Positions 33,563-43,377 of a stretch of DNA of 44,227 nt are shown one piece after another (the first letter of the stretch is position 1; every line of letters starts with the position of its first letter). The notes under the pieces are model-generated. The model did not search any database, was not told the origin of the DNA, and saw only the letters and a program-made list of their open reading frames with translations. Source of the stretch: Candidatus Shapirobacteria bacterium (GTDB taxonomy: Bacteria; Patescibacteriota; Microgenomatia; UBA12405; BS750m-G30); contig JADHWP010000002.1 in assembly GCA_016783425.1 (NCBI GenBank), forward strand, positions 1 through 44,227, in the 5' to 3' direction. Both the position numbers and the translations under genes were made by a program.

Positions 33563-34197
33563 AGATTATTCCCGTGATTTTGACTAATTCTTCTCCAGAC
33601 TTAGAGAAGAAAATTAACTTTTTAGAAGGAAAAACCGATTGGGTGCAGATTGATGTGACTGACAGCAAGTTTGGGGGGGAAGCCACTTTTCCTCTAGAGT
33701 GGCTGGGCCAATATCAGGACAAGCAGTTTTTTTGGGATATTCATTTAATGGTCGATAATCCTTTTGCCTGGGTGGAAAAGTGCAATTTAATTATCGCCCA
33801 AAGGGTAATCGGTCAAATTGAACTAATGAATGATCAGCTTGATTTTTTGGATCGAGTGGAGAGTGAGGGAATGGAAGCGGGGCTGGCGGTTGACCTGGCT
33901 ACTCCCTTGGAAAGGATTGATCAGGAGGTTTTCTGGCGCTGTAGTGTGATTTTGCTTTTAGGAGTTAAAGCTGGCCGGGGTGGACAAGAGTTTGAGAAAA
34001 GTTGCTTGAAGAAGATTAGGCGTTTGATGGAGATGCGGGAGGAGCTAAAAGCTGATTTTGCCATTGGGGTAGACGGAGGGATTAATAAAAATAACCTTTT
34101 GGAAATACAAGAAGCCGGAGCGGATATTGCTTTTGCGGGCAGTGCGATTTGGAACAGGGAAATTAAACTCAAAAAAGACCAGGAAAAGATTATTTAA
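33559..34197 (+). CDS. rpe: Ribulose-phosphate 3-epimerase
   Basis: QIDVTD, DIHLMV, G.GGQ.F, VDGGI, GSAI. Confidence 0.85.
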   Translation: MKIIPVILTNSSPDLEKKINFLEGKTDWVQIDVTDSKFGGEATFPLEWLGQYQDKQFFWDIHLMVDNPFAWVEKCNLIIAQRVIGQIELMNDQLDFLDRVESEGMEAGLAVDLATPLERIDQEVFWRCSVILLLGVKAGRGGQEFEKSCLKKIRRLMEMREELKADFAIGVDGGINKNNLLEIQEAGADIAFAGSAIWNREIKLKKDQEKII

Positions 34198-35585
34198 GGC
34201 TGTTTTTCAAGAGTGTAAAGAATGGCTATTTCGTCTTCATAGTTTTTTTCCCAGGGATAACCAGGATTGTTTTTAAGCTCTAAGTCTAAAAAAGTATTTT
34301 TGCCAATTAGCAGGCAATCAGCTTTATACGCTTCCAACTTTTGCTCAAAACCAGACTGGGCTTGAAGAATTTCCAGGTAGATAGTATAGGGACTTTTGCC
34401 GCTGGGGGTAGACCAAGTGGGCATGCGGCCGTCTACAAAAATTTTTCTGCCTGGCAAATGCCAGGCTAAGTATCCGCCCCACTCATAAGCATTAAAAATG
34501 TTTTGGCAAAGATCAGGATTGCCTTTTAAATATTGGGTGGCCTGACAGGGCAAGCTCCACTGGCTGTTTTCACAAATAGTTGACCAGCCGGGGTTGGCAG
34601 GAGGAAGTTTAGTTAATCGCCAGGTTAAGGAAGTGGAGAAAATAAGGAAGATTATTATTTTGCTGATCCGGATTTTTTTTGCTTGAAATTGAAACAGGTG
34701 GTTAGCTAAATAAACAGAAGAAAGGCCAAAAGCGGCTAAATTGCGCCGAGCTTTTAGGGCTAATATTAGAAAAAATAAATAGCTGAGAAAAAGAAAGATA
34801 AAGTTTTTTTTCTTAAGCAGTTTATTTATTTTAACTTGGCTAATAAGGCCAATAAAGAGGGTAGAAACACTAATGATGATTAGTAAAATGCTTATCTTAG
34901 TTGGCTTTACCCATTCAGCAATCAGTTGGTTTAAGGGATACCAGGTATGGCGGTAAATCTCTTGGTAGTTCTCAAAACCGAAAGGATTAATTAGGGTAGC
35001 CAGAAAAGAAACAAAGATAATAATGAGGAGAGGGGTTATTTTTTCTTTTTTGTGAACTTTTCCTATTAAATAGAAAAAGAGCAAAATGAAACCCAAGATA
35101 AAACCACCATGAAGATTAGCCCAAAGTAAAAAAAGCAAAGGAAGGAGAAATAATCTTTTTTTATTTAAAAGAAGAAAGTAAAGCAGGGAAATGCCTAGAA
35201 AGGAGAAAAGCTGGCTACGCCAGCCAAGATTAGTTACTGGCAGGCTGATGAGAAAAAGAAAAATAAAACTAAGGGCTAGAAAGAGAGTGTTGCTCTTGGG
35301 AAAGGTTTTGATAATTAACCAAAAGACAGTGGTGAGCAGTAAGGCGTTACCGATAACTAAGCTCCAAAAACCAAAATAATTGAAAAGAAAGAAAGTTAGG
35401 AGCTGGTAGAGTGAGTAGGCGTGTTTCCATTGGTAGTTGGTTAGGAAAAATCCTATTTGGTTAATTTTAAAAACTTGGTGGTTTTGAAATATCTGCTGGC
35501 CGTAGCGCAGATGCCAGCCCAAGTCCGTATCTATGGGTAAAATTAAATAGCAAAGAAAAACACTAGCTAAAAGTAATTTTTTCAT
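34194..35585 (-). CDS. Polytopic membrane protein, probable GT-C fold glycosyltransferase
   Basis: DLGWHLRYG, WANLHGGF, I.EW, YEWGGYL, FVDGR; many TM. Confidence 0.65.
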   Translation of the reverse strand: MKKLLLASVFLCYLILPIDTDLGWHLRYGQQIFQNHQVFKINQIGFFLTNYQWKHAYSLYQLLTFFLFNYFGFWSLVIGNALLLTTVFWLIIKTFPKSNTLFLALSFIFLFLISLPVTNLGWRSQLFSFLGISLLYFLLLNKKRLFLLPLLFLLWANLHGGFILGFILLFFYLIGKVHKKEKITPLLIIIFVSFLATLINPFGFENYQEIYRHTWYPLNQLIAEWVKPTKISILLIIISVSTLFIGLISQVKINKLLKKKNFIFLFLSYLFFLILALKARRNLAAFGLSSVYLANHLFQFQAKKIRISKIIIFLIFSTSLTWRLTKLPPANPGWSTICENSQWSLPCQATQYLKGNPDLCQNIFNAYEWGGYLAWHLPGRKIFVDGRMPTWSTPSGKSPYTIYLEILQAQSGFEQKLEAYKADCLLIGKNTFLDLELKNNPGYPWEKNYEDEIAILYTLEKQP

Positions 35586-37135
35586 GGATTAACTAATTCC
35601 GGCTGATACTGGTTATTAATATAAATCGGGATCATTTCTGCTTTAATTATTTTGTTTTTACTCAAAATAATTTTTCCTAAAGCCCCGCTTCTAGTATCTT
35701 GGGACCAAAGCTGGTCAAAAACAAAATTTCCCAAAGAATAAAAAATTGGTTTTCCCTCTATGTATTCCAGGGGTTGGGCAACATGGGGATGGTGGCCAAT
35801 AATAATATCCGCTCCCGCTTCAATTGCCAGTTGGGCAATTTCTTTTTGGCGAAAGTTGGGCTGGCCTTGATATTCCTCTCCCCAGTGAAAATTAACTATT
35901 ACCCAATCAGCCTGGGAGTCAACTTTTTCTATTTCTGCTTGAAGCCTGGTTTTGTCTAAAGGGGCAAGGGTATCGTCAAAACCTAAGAAAACAAGATCTA
36001 TTTCCTTAATGGTTCGAAAATCTATTTTGCCCAAGCCAAAGTATTTTATCTTTTGATTATCCAGGGCTTGGATAGTTTCATCTAGGCCTTGGGGGCCAAA
36101 ATTATTAATATGGTTGTTGGCAAGATTAAGAGCATCAAAACCGGCACTCGTTAAGCCGTTGAGGTTTTGAATCTCTCCGCAAAACTTAAAGCCGGTACGT
36201 AATTGGGGGCAATCACTGATTACCGGACCTTCTAAATTGGCAATTGCCCAATCAGCTTCTTGAATAACCGAAGCAATTTTTTCAAAAGGAAAGTGGAGGT
36301 TTTGTTTTTGGATGATCGTATAGTTTATTTCCCGGGAAAGGGAAAGATCGCCAGTGGCAATCAGAGTAATTTGAGCAGGGGGGGTAGGGGAAAGAGGAAT
36401 TAAAGTAGGGGTAAAAGTAGAATCAGAAGGACGGAAGGCAATAAAAAAGTAGCTAGTGCCTTCTTGATATTTGTTTTTTAAAACTATTGGTTTTAGGTTT
36501 TCTGGTTTAGTTAATTCTAAAAAAGAGATTATGCAGGTTGGGCAATCAAGGTAATCTGAATTTAGGGTGCTGATTAGTTGATAGTTGTAATTTTCAATAG
36601 CCTGAAGAGTGACTTGATCGTTTTGGGCACTAGTTTTTTGATCAAGGTAGTGGGCAAAGTCAACTGAAGCAATCATTAAGGTTTTTTGTTGTTCAATTTG
36701 CCCCTTTAGATTATTGGTCCAGTTTATTATTTGCTCAACTTCCTGTCCTTTGCGAAAAATAAAGGGGATAATTTGGGCCCGAGGGTATCTTTTTTTTAAA
36801 AGTGGTTTTAGAGTTTGAATGCTGTGCTCTTCTTCTATTAATTCTTCGTTAATATCGGTTCCTAGTTTATGGGCAAGATAATTATTGGTGCTAATAAGAT
36901 AGGGACCAATATCTTGATGATTGGGGCCAAAAATAATAATGGTGGTTATTTGTGAAAGTTTGGGACCGGATAAAAGAATATCGTTTATTTGTGAGGAGAA
37001 AAGGGGATTATGAGGAAGGATAAAAGCTTTATTTATTTGTTTAATTTCGGGTTTAGTAACCAAGTTAAAGGTGAAGAATAAAACCAAAATAATTGCTCCT
37101 AGCAAAAGGAGAAAAATAGTATTCTTTTTAAGCAT
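35582..37135 (-). CDS. Membrane-anchored Memo (AmmeMemoRadiSam protein B)-CapA/PGA_cap metallophosphatase fusion
   Basis: TM; PH, GPNH, EHS, SVDFAHY (Memo); GD, NLEG, LANNH, HWGEEY, GHHPHV, YSLGNFVFDQ (CapA). Confidence 0.85.
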   Translation of the reverse strand: MLKKNTIFLLLLGAIILVLFFTFNLVTKPEIKQINKAFILPHNPLFSSQINDILLSGPKLSQITTIIIFGPNHQDIGPYLISTNNYLAHKLGTDINEELIEEEHSIQTLKPLLKKRYPRAQIIPFIFRKGQEVEQIINWTNNLKGQIEQQKTLMIASVDFAHYLDQKTSAQNDQVTLQAIENYNYQLISTLNSDYLDCPTCIISFLELTKPENLKPIVLKNKYQEGTSYFFIAFRPSDSTFTPTLIPLSPTPPAQITLIATGDLSLSREINYTIIQKQNLHFPFEKIASVIQEADWAIANLEGPVISDCPQLRTGFKFCGEIQNLNGLTSAGFDALNLANNHINNFGPQGLDETIQALDNQKIKYFGLGKIDFRTIKEIDLVFLGFDDTLAPLDKTRLQAEIEKVDSQADWVIVNFHWGEEYQGQPNFRQKEIAQLAIEAGADIIIGHHPHVAQPLEYIEGKPIFYSLGNFVFDQLWSQDTRSGALGKIILSKNKIIKAEMIPIYINNQYQPELVNP

Positions 37136-40100
37136 TACTGAATAATTATATCAGGTGGAGGGCTAGAGAGATTAAAAGAATCTTTAGAAACAGAATGATA
37201 AATAATTGCCGGTTCAAAGGTGAAATTACCTTTATTTATTGGTCTGGCGAGAAAGTAAATAGGATCGGAAGGATCGGCCCTAAAAACTAATTGATTGCCT
37301 TCTTGGAATAGGGGGTAAGAATAGTGTTTATTGCTTTTTTCTTCTATCGTTTGCCAGGAGTAAGGGGCTTTAATATAGCGCAATCCTGAAGGAAGACTAA
37401 TGGTTACCAGATAGGGCTCGCTCAAGGCGTTGGCATTAATTTGGGATTGAGCCTTAATTTCAACCACTTGTCCGGTGGATATCTTTCCTTGAGGATTGCT
37501 GGTTAAGTTTAGTTTTATTTGTTGATCGTAGTCACTCTCATTGGGCTGGTAACCTTCCCACCATTGGGCAATATAACCTAAACGTCCGGAAACCGGTTCA
37601 ATTTCAAAACTGTCGGTTTGGGATGGGGAAACTAGTATTTGATAAGCCTTTCCAGACTCTAAGGTTTGTTTTTTAGTTTTGCCGTCCAGGCGGTAGGAAA
37701 AAACTCCCGGATCAGTTAGGCTTTTTTCTAAAAATGATTTTAAAAAGATTGCTTTTTCAGTGACGTATAAGTTTTCCTGGCTCGGATTATCATTTAAAAA
37801 GTACCACATTTTTTCAGCCAAATCATTGCCGATTTTTCCGCCTAAAACCATTGCCAGAGCAGTAGTTTCAATGTCCATTTCTTTGCTTTTTCCTAGATTA
37901 ACTACCTCTTGGTAAAGTTCCTGTCCTGTCGCTTGGTCTCCAAGAGCGCTAGCGGCTAATCCTAAAAATATTTTACCCAAAGTAGTATTTTCCTCTTTTT
38001 TTAGATTAATGATCGTGTTTAAAACCGGTTCTTCAAGTTCAGCCAGTCCCCAAAGAGCAGCGCTTGCCCGCTCAATTGATTTTTCTTGATTAAACTGTTC
38101 CCAAAGATACCTTTTTAGACTAATCTTGTCAGTTTCTTCCAGTCCCAGGGCCGCTATTTTACTGGAAAGGAAAAGATCCGGACTGCTCTGAGGGGTAAGG
38201 ACGAAGCCTCCTTCTCTTTGGTAGTGACTGATATTGCTCTCTTTAGTTAAATTAGTACCGAAATAGTTGTTTAAAAGTTGACGTACCTTCAGTTGAGTAG
38301 CCAATCTGTCAACCCGTTCGTTTTTCCCGTAAATATCAAGTCGGGAAAGAGCGATTAAATAGGGATACCAAAAACCTTGGCTTTTGTCGACTACGGTTAC
38401 GACGGCTGTTTTTTGGGTAGACCAGGCGGGTTTAATTTTTTGATTAAGTTCTTGATACTCGCTTACTTCCCGGCTTAACCGGCTTTTAACCACCTTAATG
38501 GTTTTTGCTAACCCGTCTTTTTTGCCTTGATTCTCTGCCCATATTTCAATTTTATGTTCTCCTGGTTCTAAGCTTTTAAGAGAAAAATCAACTGGCTCAA
38601 AACCTTTTTTGCTAATCTTTTGGACTCCAATTCCCAAACTGGGAGCTTTTAGGGTGTAATCAATATTCTGATCATTGTCAATTAAATCACCATAAGCAAT
38701 AGCAGTAATTTGGGGTTGGTCACTGCTAATAAATTCCTCATTGCTAATTAAATTTACAAAGATTGGTTTAGAAACAGGGATTAAATATTCTCCCTCTCCT
38801 GCTTCTAAAGCTTCGCTCAAAGCAACGCTGGTAATTCGCCAGGAAGTAATATTGTCAGGAAGCTTAAAACTTAAATTAGCCTTTCCTTGACTATCGGTTT
38901 CTACTTCTTGAAAAACCGCGGTATTTTGGAAATTTTCTCTTAATCCTCCTCCCCCTCCGCCTTCGGCTTGTAATTCTTCTTGAGGTCGAGGATGAGAGGT
39001 GTAGCTAATAATTCGACCTTCGCCAATGGAACGGTAAAGGGTGGAAAGAAGATTAGGAGAGGGGATGGCGTCAAGATCACTTAGAGCTTCATCTACGGCG
39101 GAAACTAAAAGTCGAGTCTGGCGAGGTTGGTTTTGGTAATCAGCAGCCAGAATTTCTACTTTTACTTCCTCGCCGGGCTCGTATTTTTCTTTATTAGTTT
39201 TTATTTCTAAATTTAATTCTTTATTTTCTGAATTAAAGCGCAAACTTAAGGCTCCCCGGCTAAACATGTCCCAATTTTGGCTGCTCCAGTAAGTATTGCC
39301 GGTAAAGCAAATAGCTCTGATTTCCAGGTTGGGAATAAATTCTTCTTTAAATTCAAGCTCTAATTGGTTGCTGGTTTGGTTTTTTCGAAAGACATTTTTC
39401 CCGTTTTGAGAACCAATAATAAGGAAGTGAAAGGACTCTTCGGGGAGAGGAGATTGGGTGGCTAAGGTTAGTTTGACTTTTTCGCCTACTTTGAAGCTAG
39501 TAGCGTTGCTTTCGATAGTTAACTGACTGGTCGCTTCTCTTTGGCTGCCGGCCCATAGGTGTAATTTAGTATTTTCGATTCGACCGTTTTCATCTTCAGC
39601 CGTTAAGATAATTTCATAGCTTTTTTCTTCTTGGGCCGGGAAATTAAGAATAGCCTCCCCTTGAGCGTTGGTCGTAAGCTCTTCCTCTTTGATCATTTCC
39701 TGCCTTTTTTCATAACGGTATTGCTTAATTATTCTTTTGTCAATTGGGTCGTAGACTTCTCCGGTTTCAATTTTTTCTTGCCAAGTATAATAGACCATTG
39801 TTTTTATTTTTTGGCTAGCAACCGGCTCTCCTTTTTTGTCCCAGGGACTAGCTTGGAGCTTTTCAAGATCTAACTTAATCGCTTTAATAGTGGTGGTGGC
39901 CTGGTTATTTTCCCATTCGGTTTTTCCGCTTAAATTAATTTTCGGGCCGAAAGTATAAAAAGATACCGAGGTGTTTATTTCTGCCTCTTGGGGGAGTTTA
40001 GGATGAAAGTCAAGGTTCCAATAATCAGGCCAATATTCCCGACTTTCGTAATTAGTTTTTACCTCAAGAGTTGCTTCACCTATCCGGTTAGTGGTAATTT

Positions 40101-41961
40101 CCCCCTTGGTGTCTTTTTGGTAATTCTGCCAGGCAAGAGTAGTGTTGCTTACAGGAGTTCCGTCCCAAAAACTGGCTTTTATTTTAATTTTATTAGTCTC
40201 TCCGGCCCAAATAGCTACTCTTTCGGGGATAGCCTCGATTTTATAAGCCGGTTTAGAAAAGGTTTGAATGCTAAAGTATTTGCTGTTGATCAAAGTTTTT
40301 TCATCAAAAATACCTATTGAGTAAGAACCGGGAGGTAGTTGGCTTAGGTCAAATTGGCTGATAAAAGTTCCTTGAGGAGAAAGACTGATTTCTTTTTCTT
40401 CGATTAAGGTAACTCCTTGGTCAACTTTCTCGCTCCAAAAACTATAATAACCTTTTGCTAACTTAGCTTTTGCCTGATTGATTCTCCCTTTTTCTCGGGG
40501 TTTAATAATTCCCCAAAAATTAATTTTATCTTGAGGGGCGTATAGTTGGCGGTCAAAATAAAGGTAGGACCAGTATTCGTTAGCCTTAACCTGAACTTTA
40601 CTTTCGGTTGGCCCGTTTGAAGACCAATTTGAAGTCCCTAAAAGCAGAACATAAGCCTTATTTGCTCCTTGCTCTAAAGTTAAGAGATGATTTTTACTTT
40701 CTTTTAAAGAGTTGGGGGTTTTAATTTCTGCCATTCCTTCGTTGTCTGTTTGGGCAATTTTTTGGCTATCTTGGAAAATGGCCGTGCCCCCGGCCGGTTG
40801 CTTGGTTTGCAAATCATTAGTCCAGAAAACAGTTTCCTTGTCCCCGACCCATAAATACCAAGACAAAGGAGTAGATTGGATTAAAACTTGGCTGGAATGA
40901 GTTCCCGGATTTTCTATTTCCAGAAAATAGTATCCTGGGGTTAATTTTTCGGGAAGCTCAAAGTAGGATTGAGGAGCGGTGTCGTTTATTCTTTTTACTT
41001 CCAAATCAAACTCGCTATTTGGAGGCTGATTAATAGAACAGCGGTGGAGGGTTTGGCTGTATTGAGCCCAGTCAGGCAAACTAATCTTTTCTTCTAAGCA
41101 GTTTTTAAAGTTATGTTCGCTTACTTGGTAAAGTTTTCCCTTAGTTTGGCTACTGGGGGGTTGCCAGTTACCAATTAAAATTGTCGGAGGGAGGTCAGGA
41201 GATGTTTCAAAAAGGGATCGGGTAAAATTAAACCGAGGAGTTCTTACTTTCTCTTCCTCTCCGGTTTCGAATTGGAAAACATAATCTTGGGCTAGGGTTT
41301 CCTCACTCCCGCTTAAAACAAGTCCCTTTTTAACCTTAACCGTGTAAATCGTTGTTGAAGTAAGTTTTTGGGGCACAAAAACGAGGGTGTTTTGATGTTT
41401 TTCCCAATGACCATCAAGAGAAGGGTTAATTTCCAGGTAATTTTGGTCCGGGGTAAATTCGGGATTATTAAAGTAAATTTCAATTGGGCTGTTAAGGGGG
41501 ACATCGGTTATTTTATCAGCCGGAAGACTGCCTGTAATCTCCAGGGGAGTTTGGACTTGGAAAGCCCAGGAAATTTCTTGAGCTTGGACTCCGCCAATCA
41601 ACGAGGGAAGTTTAAATTGGTAAATTTCTCCTTTAGCTAATTCTTTACTGGGGGTAATTTCCCATTCGTTCTCTTTGGTTTGTTTTATTTCTAAAGAAAG
41701 AGCAGGAATAATCGTTAGACTTTGTTCCAGCTCGGCAGTATTTAGAGGCGCTTGGCTAGAAAGGAGAAAAGTAGTGTTAGGTAGAATTCCGCTGTTATCT
41801 TTTTTGGTGGCAACTAAAGTAATATCTGCTTGGGAGTTTAGGTTAATTTTTTTACCTAAATTGGGCAGGTGTGAAGAAAACTTAGGCCAAATAAAAAATT
41901 TAATTAAAGTCAGCAGGAGAGCAATTCCTAAAATGATTAAAAGCCTTTTTTTTATCATCAT
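37135..41961 (-). CDS. Alpha-2-macroglobulin family protein with N-terminal Ig-like domains
   Basis: TM anchor, two Big_5-like repeats, DRQLY.P, KYEPGEEV, AVDEA, RENF..TA.F, LPDNITSWR. Confidence 0.88.
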   Translation of the reverse strand: MMIKKRLLIILGIALLLTLIKFFIWPKFSSHLPNLGKKINLNSQADITLVATKKDNSGILPNTTFLLSSQAPLNTAELEQSLTIIPALSLEIKQTKENEWEITPSKELAKGEIYQFKLPSLIGGVQAQEISWAFQVQTPLEITGSLPADKITDVPLNSPIEIYFNNPEFTPDQNYLEINPSLDGHWEKHQNTLVFVPQKLTSTTIYTVKVKKGLVLSGSEETLAQDYVFQFETGEEEKVRTPRFNFTRSLFETSPDLPPTILIGNWQPPSSQTKGKLYQVSEHNFKNCLEEKISLPDWAQYSQTLHRCSINQPPNSEFDLEVKRINDTAPQSYFELPEKLTPGYYFLEIENPGTHSSQVLIQSTPLSWYLWVGDKETVFWTNDLQTKQPAGGTAIFQDSQKIAQTDNEGMAEIKTPNSLKESKNHLLTLEQGANKAYVLLLGTSNWSSNGPTESKVQVKANEYWSYLYFDRQLYAPQDKINFWGIIKPREKGRINQAKAKLAKGYYSFWSEKVDQGVTLIEEKEISLSPQGTFISQFDLSQLPPGSYSIGIFDEKTLINSKYFSIQTFSKPAYKIEAIPERVAIWAGETNKIKIKASFWDGTPVSNTTLAWQNYQKDTKGEITTNRIGEATLEVKTNYESREYWPDYWNLDFHPKLPQEAEINTSVSFYTFGPKINLSGKTEWENNQATTTIKAIKLDLEKLQASPWDKKGEPVASQKIKTMVYYTWQEKIETGEVYDPIDKRIIKQYRYEKRQEMIKEEELTTNAQGEAILNFPAQEEKSYEIILTAEDENGRIENTKLHLWAGSQREATSQLTIESNATSFKVGEKVKLTLATQSPLPEESFHFLIIGSQNGKNVFRKNQTSNQLELEFKEEFIPNLEIRAICFTGNTYWSSQNWDMFSRGALSLRFNSENKELNLEIKTNKEKYEPGEEVKVEILAADYQNQPRQTRLLVSAVDEALSDLDAIPSPNLLSTLYRSIGEGRIISYTSHPRPQEELQAEGGGGGGLRENFQNTAVFQEVETDSQGKANLSFKLPDNITSWRITSVALSEALEAGEGEYLIPVSKPIFVNLISNEEFISSDQPQITAIAYGDLIDNDQNIDYTLKAPSLGIGVQKISKKGFEPVDFSLKSLEPGEHKIEIWAENQGKKDGLAKTIKVVKSRLSREVSEYQELNQKIKPAWSTQKTAVVTVVDKSQGFWYPYLIALSRLDIYGKNERVDRLATQLKVRQLLNNYFGTNLTKESNISHYQREGGFVLTPQSSPDLFLSSKIAALGLEETDKISLKRYLWEQFNQEKSIERASAALWGLAELEEPVLNTIINLKKEENTTLGKIFLGLAASALGDQATGQELYQEVVNLGKSKEMDIETTALAMVLGGKIGNDLAEKMWYFLNDNPSQENLYVTEKAIFLKSFLEKSLTDPGVFSYRLDGKTKKQTLESGKAYQILVSPSQTDSFEIEPVSGRLGYIAQWWEGYQPNESDYDQQIKLNLTSNPQGKISTGQVVEIKAQSQINANALSEPYLVTISLPSGLRYIKAPYSWQTIEEKSNKHYSYPLFQEGNQLVFRADPSDPIYFLARPINKGNFTFEPAIIYHSVSKDSFNLSSPPPDIIIQ

Positions 41962-41979
41962 CTTGTTTTATTTCCTGCC

Positions 41980-42480
41980 CTATCCCTTTTTAAGGATACC
42001 TTTTTCAATTGAATGGGAAAGCAAAATAAAAGTTAAGCCAGTAGAAACCATAAAAATCGTCGGCCAGACAAAGCCAACAGTCGGTAAAGTAGCACTGCCA
42101 CTTGAGCTGATTGAATCCCAGTCAACGTTATCGCTTCCCAAAGTCAAGGTGAAGGAAATTGTTGAGCCAGCATTAGTTAAGGTAATACTATGGTCTCCGG
42201 CGCTTAAAGTTGCCGGAGGAGTAAAGCTCCAATTTCCATCAATGTCAGTCGTGGCCTGGTAAGTTTCGGCGTCAATCGTGATATCTATGGCGCTGGAAGC
42301 AGCCGCTTCACCGGCAAAGGTGGGCTGTAAACTTGAATACCACCATTGGGGATAGAGTTTGCCATCAGTGTTTAAATTGCCAATTGATTTAAGGTTAAAA
42401 CCTGAAGCAAAAACCGAAGAAAAATTTAAGAAAAGAAAGGCGAGAGCGAGAACAACCAGGGCAGTTAGTTTTTTTCTCAT
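41980..42480 (-). CDS. Small surface protein: signal peptide, Ig-like domain, LPxxG-TM-basic tail
   Basis: PTFAG.A, D.DGNWSFT, L..GDH.IT; LPTVG followed by hydrophobic stretch and KKG. Confidence 0.7.
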   Translation of the reverse strand: MRKKLTALVVLALAFLFLNFSSVFASGFNLKSIGNLNTDGKLYPQWWYSSLQPTFAGEAAASSAIDITIDAETYQATTDIDGNWSFTPPATLSAGDHSITLTNAGSTISFTLTLGSDNVDWDSISSSGSATLPTVGFVWPTIFMVSTGLTFILLSHSIEKGILKKG

Positions 42481-42503
42481 TGCTAGTATAGTATCATTCT
42501 ATT

Positions 42504-43067
42504 ATGGAGCAAATAAGTAGTCAAGGGAAGAAAGTAGCTATTTTTGGCTATTCTCAAGCTAAAAAAGAAGACAAGCTTTATCAGGAGGCTTTTGAGGTTT
42601 GCCGGATTTTAGCCCAGGAAGGCTATACTATTGTTAATGGGGCGGGCCCGGGGGTAATGCGGGCGGCCACCGAAGGAGCAAAAGCGGGAGGCGGAAAAAC
42701 GATTGGCGTTGCTTTTAAAAGTGAGGGCATGAGTAATTTTGAAGGCCGGGATTTGGAAAACAAGGTGGATGAGCTGATCATAACGGACAATTATTTAGAG
42801 CGGACTTTAAAATTATTGGAAATAGGGGATGTGTTTGTGATTTTTAACGGAGGCACAGGGACGATTTCCGAGTTTGGAATGGCCTGGGGTTTGGCTCGGC
42901 TCTATTATGGGACTCACGAACCATTGATTTTATATGGCTCCTGGTGGTATGAGGTTATGGAAGTTTTTGGGAAAAATATGAAGCTTAGAGATGAAGAACT
43001 GCGGGTTTACCGGATTGTAGATTCGCCCAAAGAGGTGTTGGAAGAAATAAAGGGCTTGATCGGCTAA
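42504..43067 (+). CDS. LOG family (YgdH/SLOG) protein
   Basis: GAGPGVM.A...GA, R...L, GGTGT.SE. Confidence 0.85.
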   Translation: MEQISSQGKKVAIFGYSQAKKEDKLYQEAFEVCRILAQEGYTIVNGAGPGVMRAATEGAKAGGGKTIGVAFKSEGMSNFEGRDLENKVDELIITDNYLERTLKLLEIGDVFVIFNGGTGTISEFGMAWGLARLYYGTHEPLILYGSWWYEVMEVFGKNMKLRDEELRVYRIVDSPKEVLEEIKGLIG

Positions 43068-43104
43068 CTTGTTTTTACCCCTCTTTTGTTTTAAGATGGA
43101 TACG

Positions 43105-43377
43105 ATGAAAGTTATCAAAATTGGAGCAGTTTGGTGCCCGGGTTGTTTAGTGATGCGGGCTCGTTGGAAAAAAATCGAAAAAGAAAACCCCTGGTTAAAG
43201 ACCGAGTATTTTGATTATGATGCGGATCAGGAGAAAATAGCGGAATTTGAAATCAAAGGAGAAAAACTGCCGGTTTTTATTTTCTTGAGTAAAGATAAGA
43301 AGGAGTTTTTACGCCTTCACGGAGAACCTTCAAAAAAAGAATTAGTAAGAATTATCTTGGAAAATAGGGATAAGTGA
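43105..43377 (+). CDS. Thioredoxin-family protein
   Basis: WCPGC, LPVFIF; start ATG 43105, 7 nt after TAAGAT. Confidence 0.8.
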   Translation: MKVIKIGAVWCPGCLVMRARWKKIEKENPWLKTEYFDYDADQEKIAEFEIKGEKLPVFIFLSKDKKEFLRLHGEPSKKELVRIILENRDK

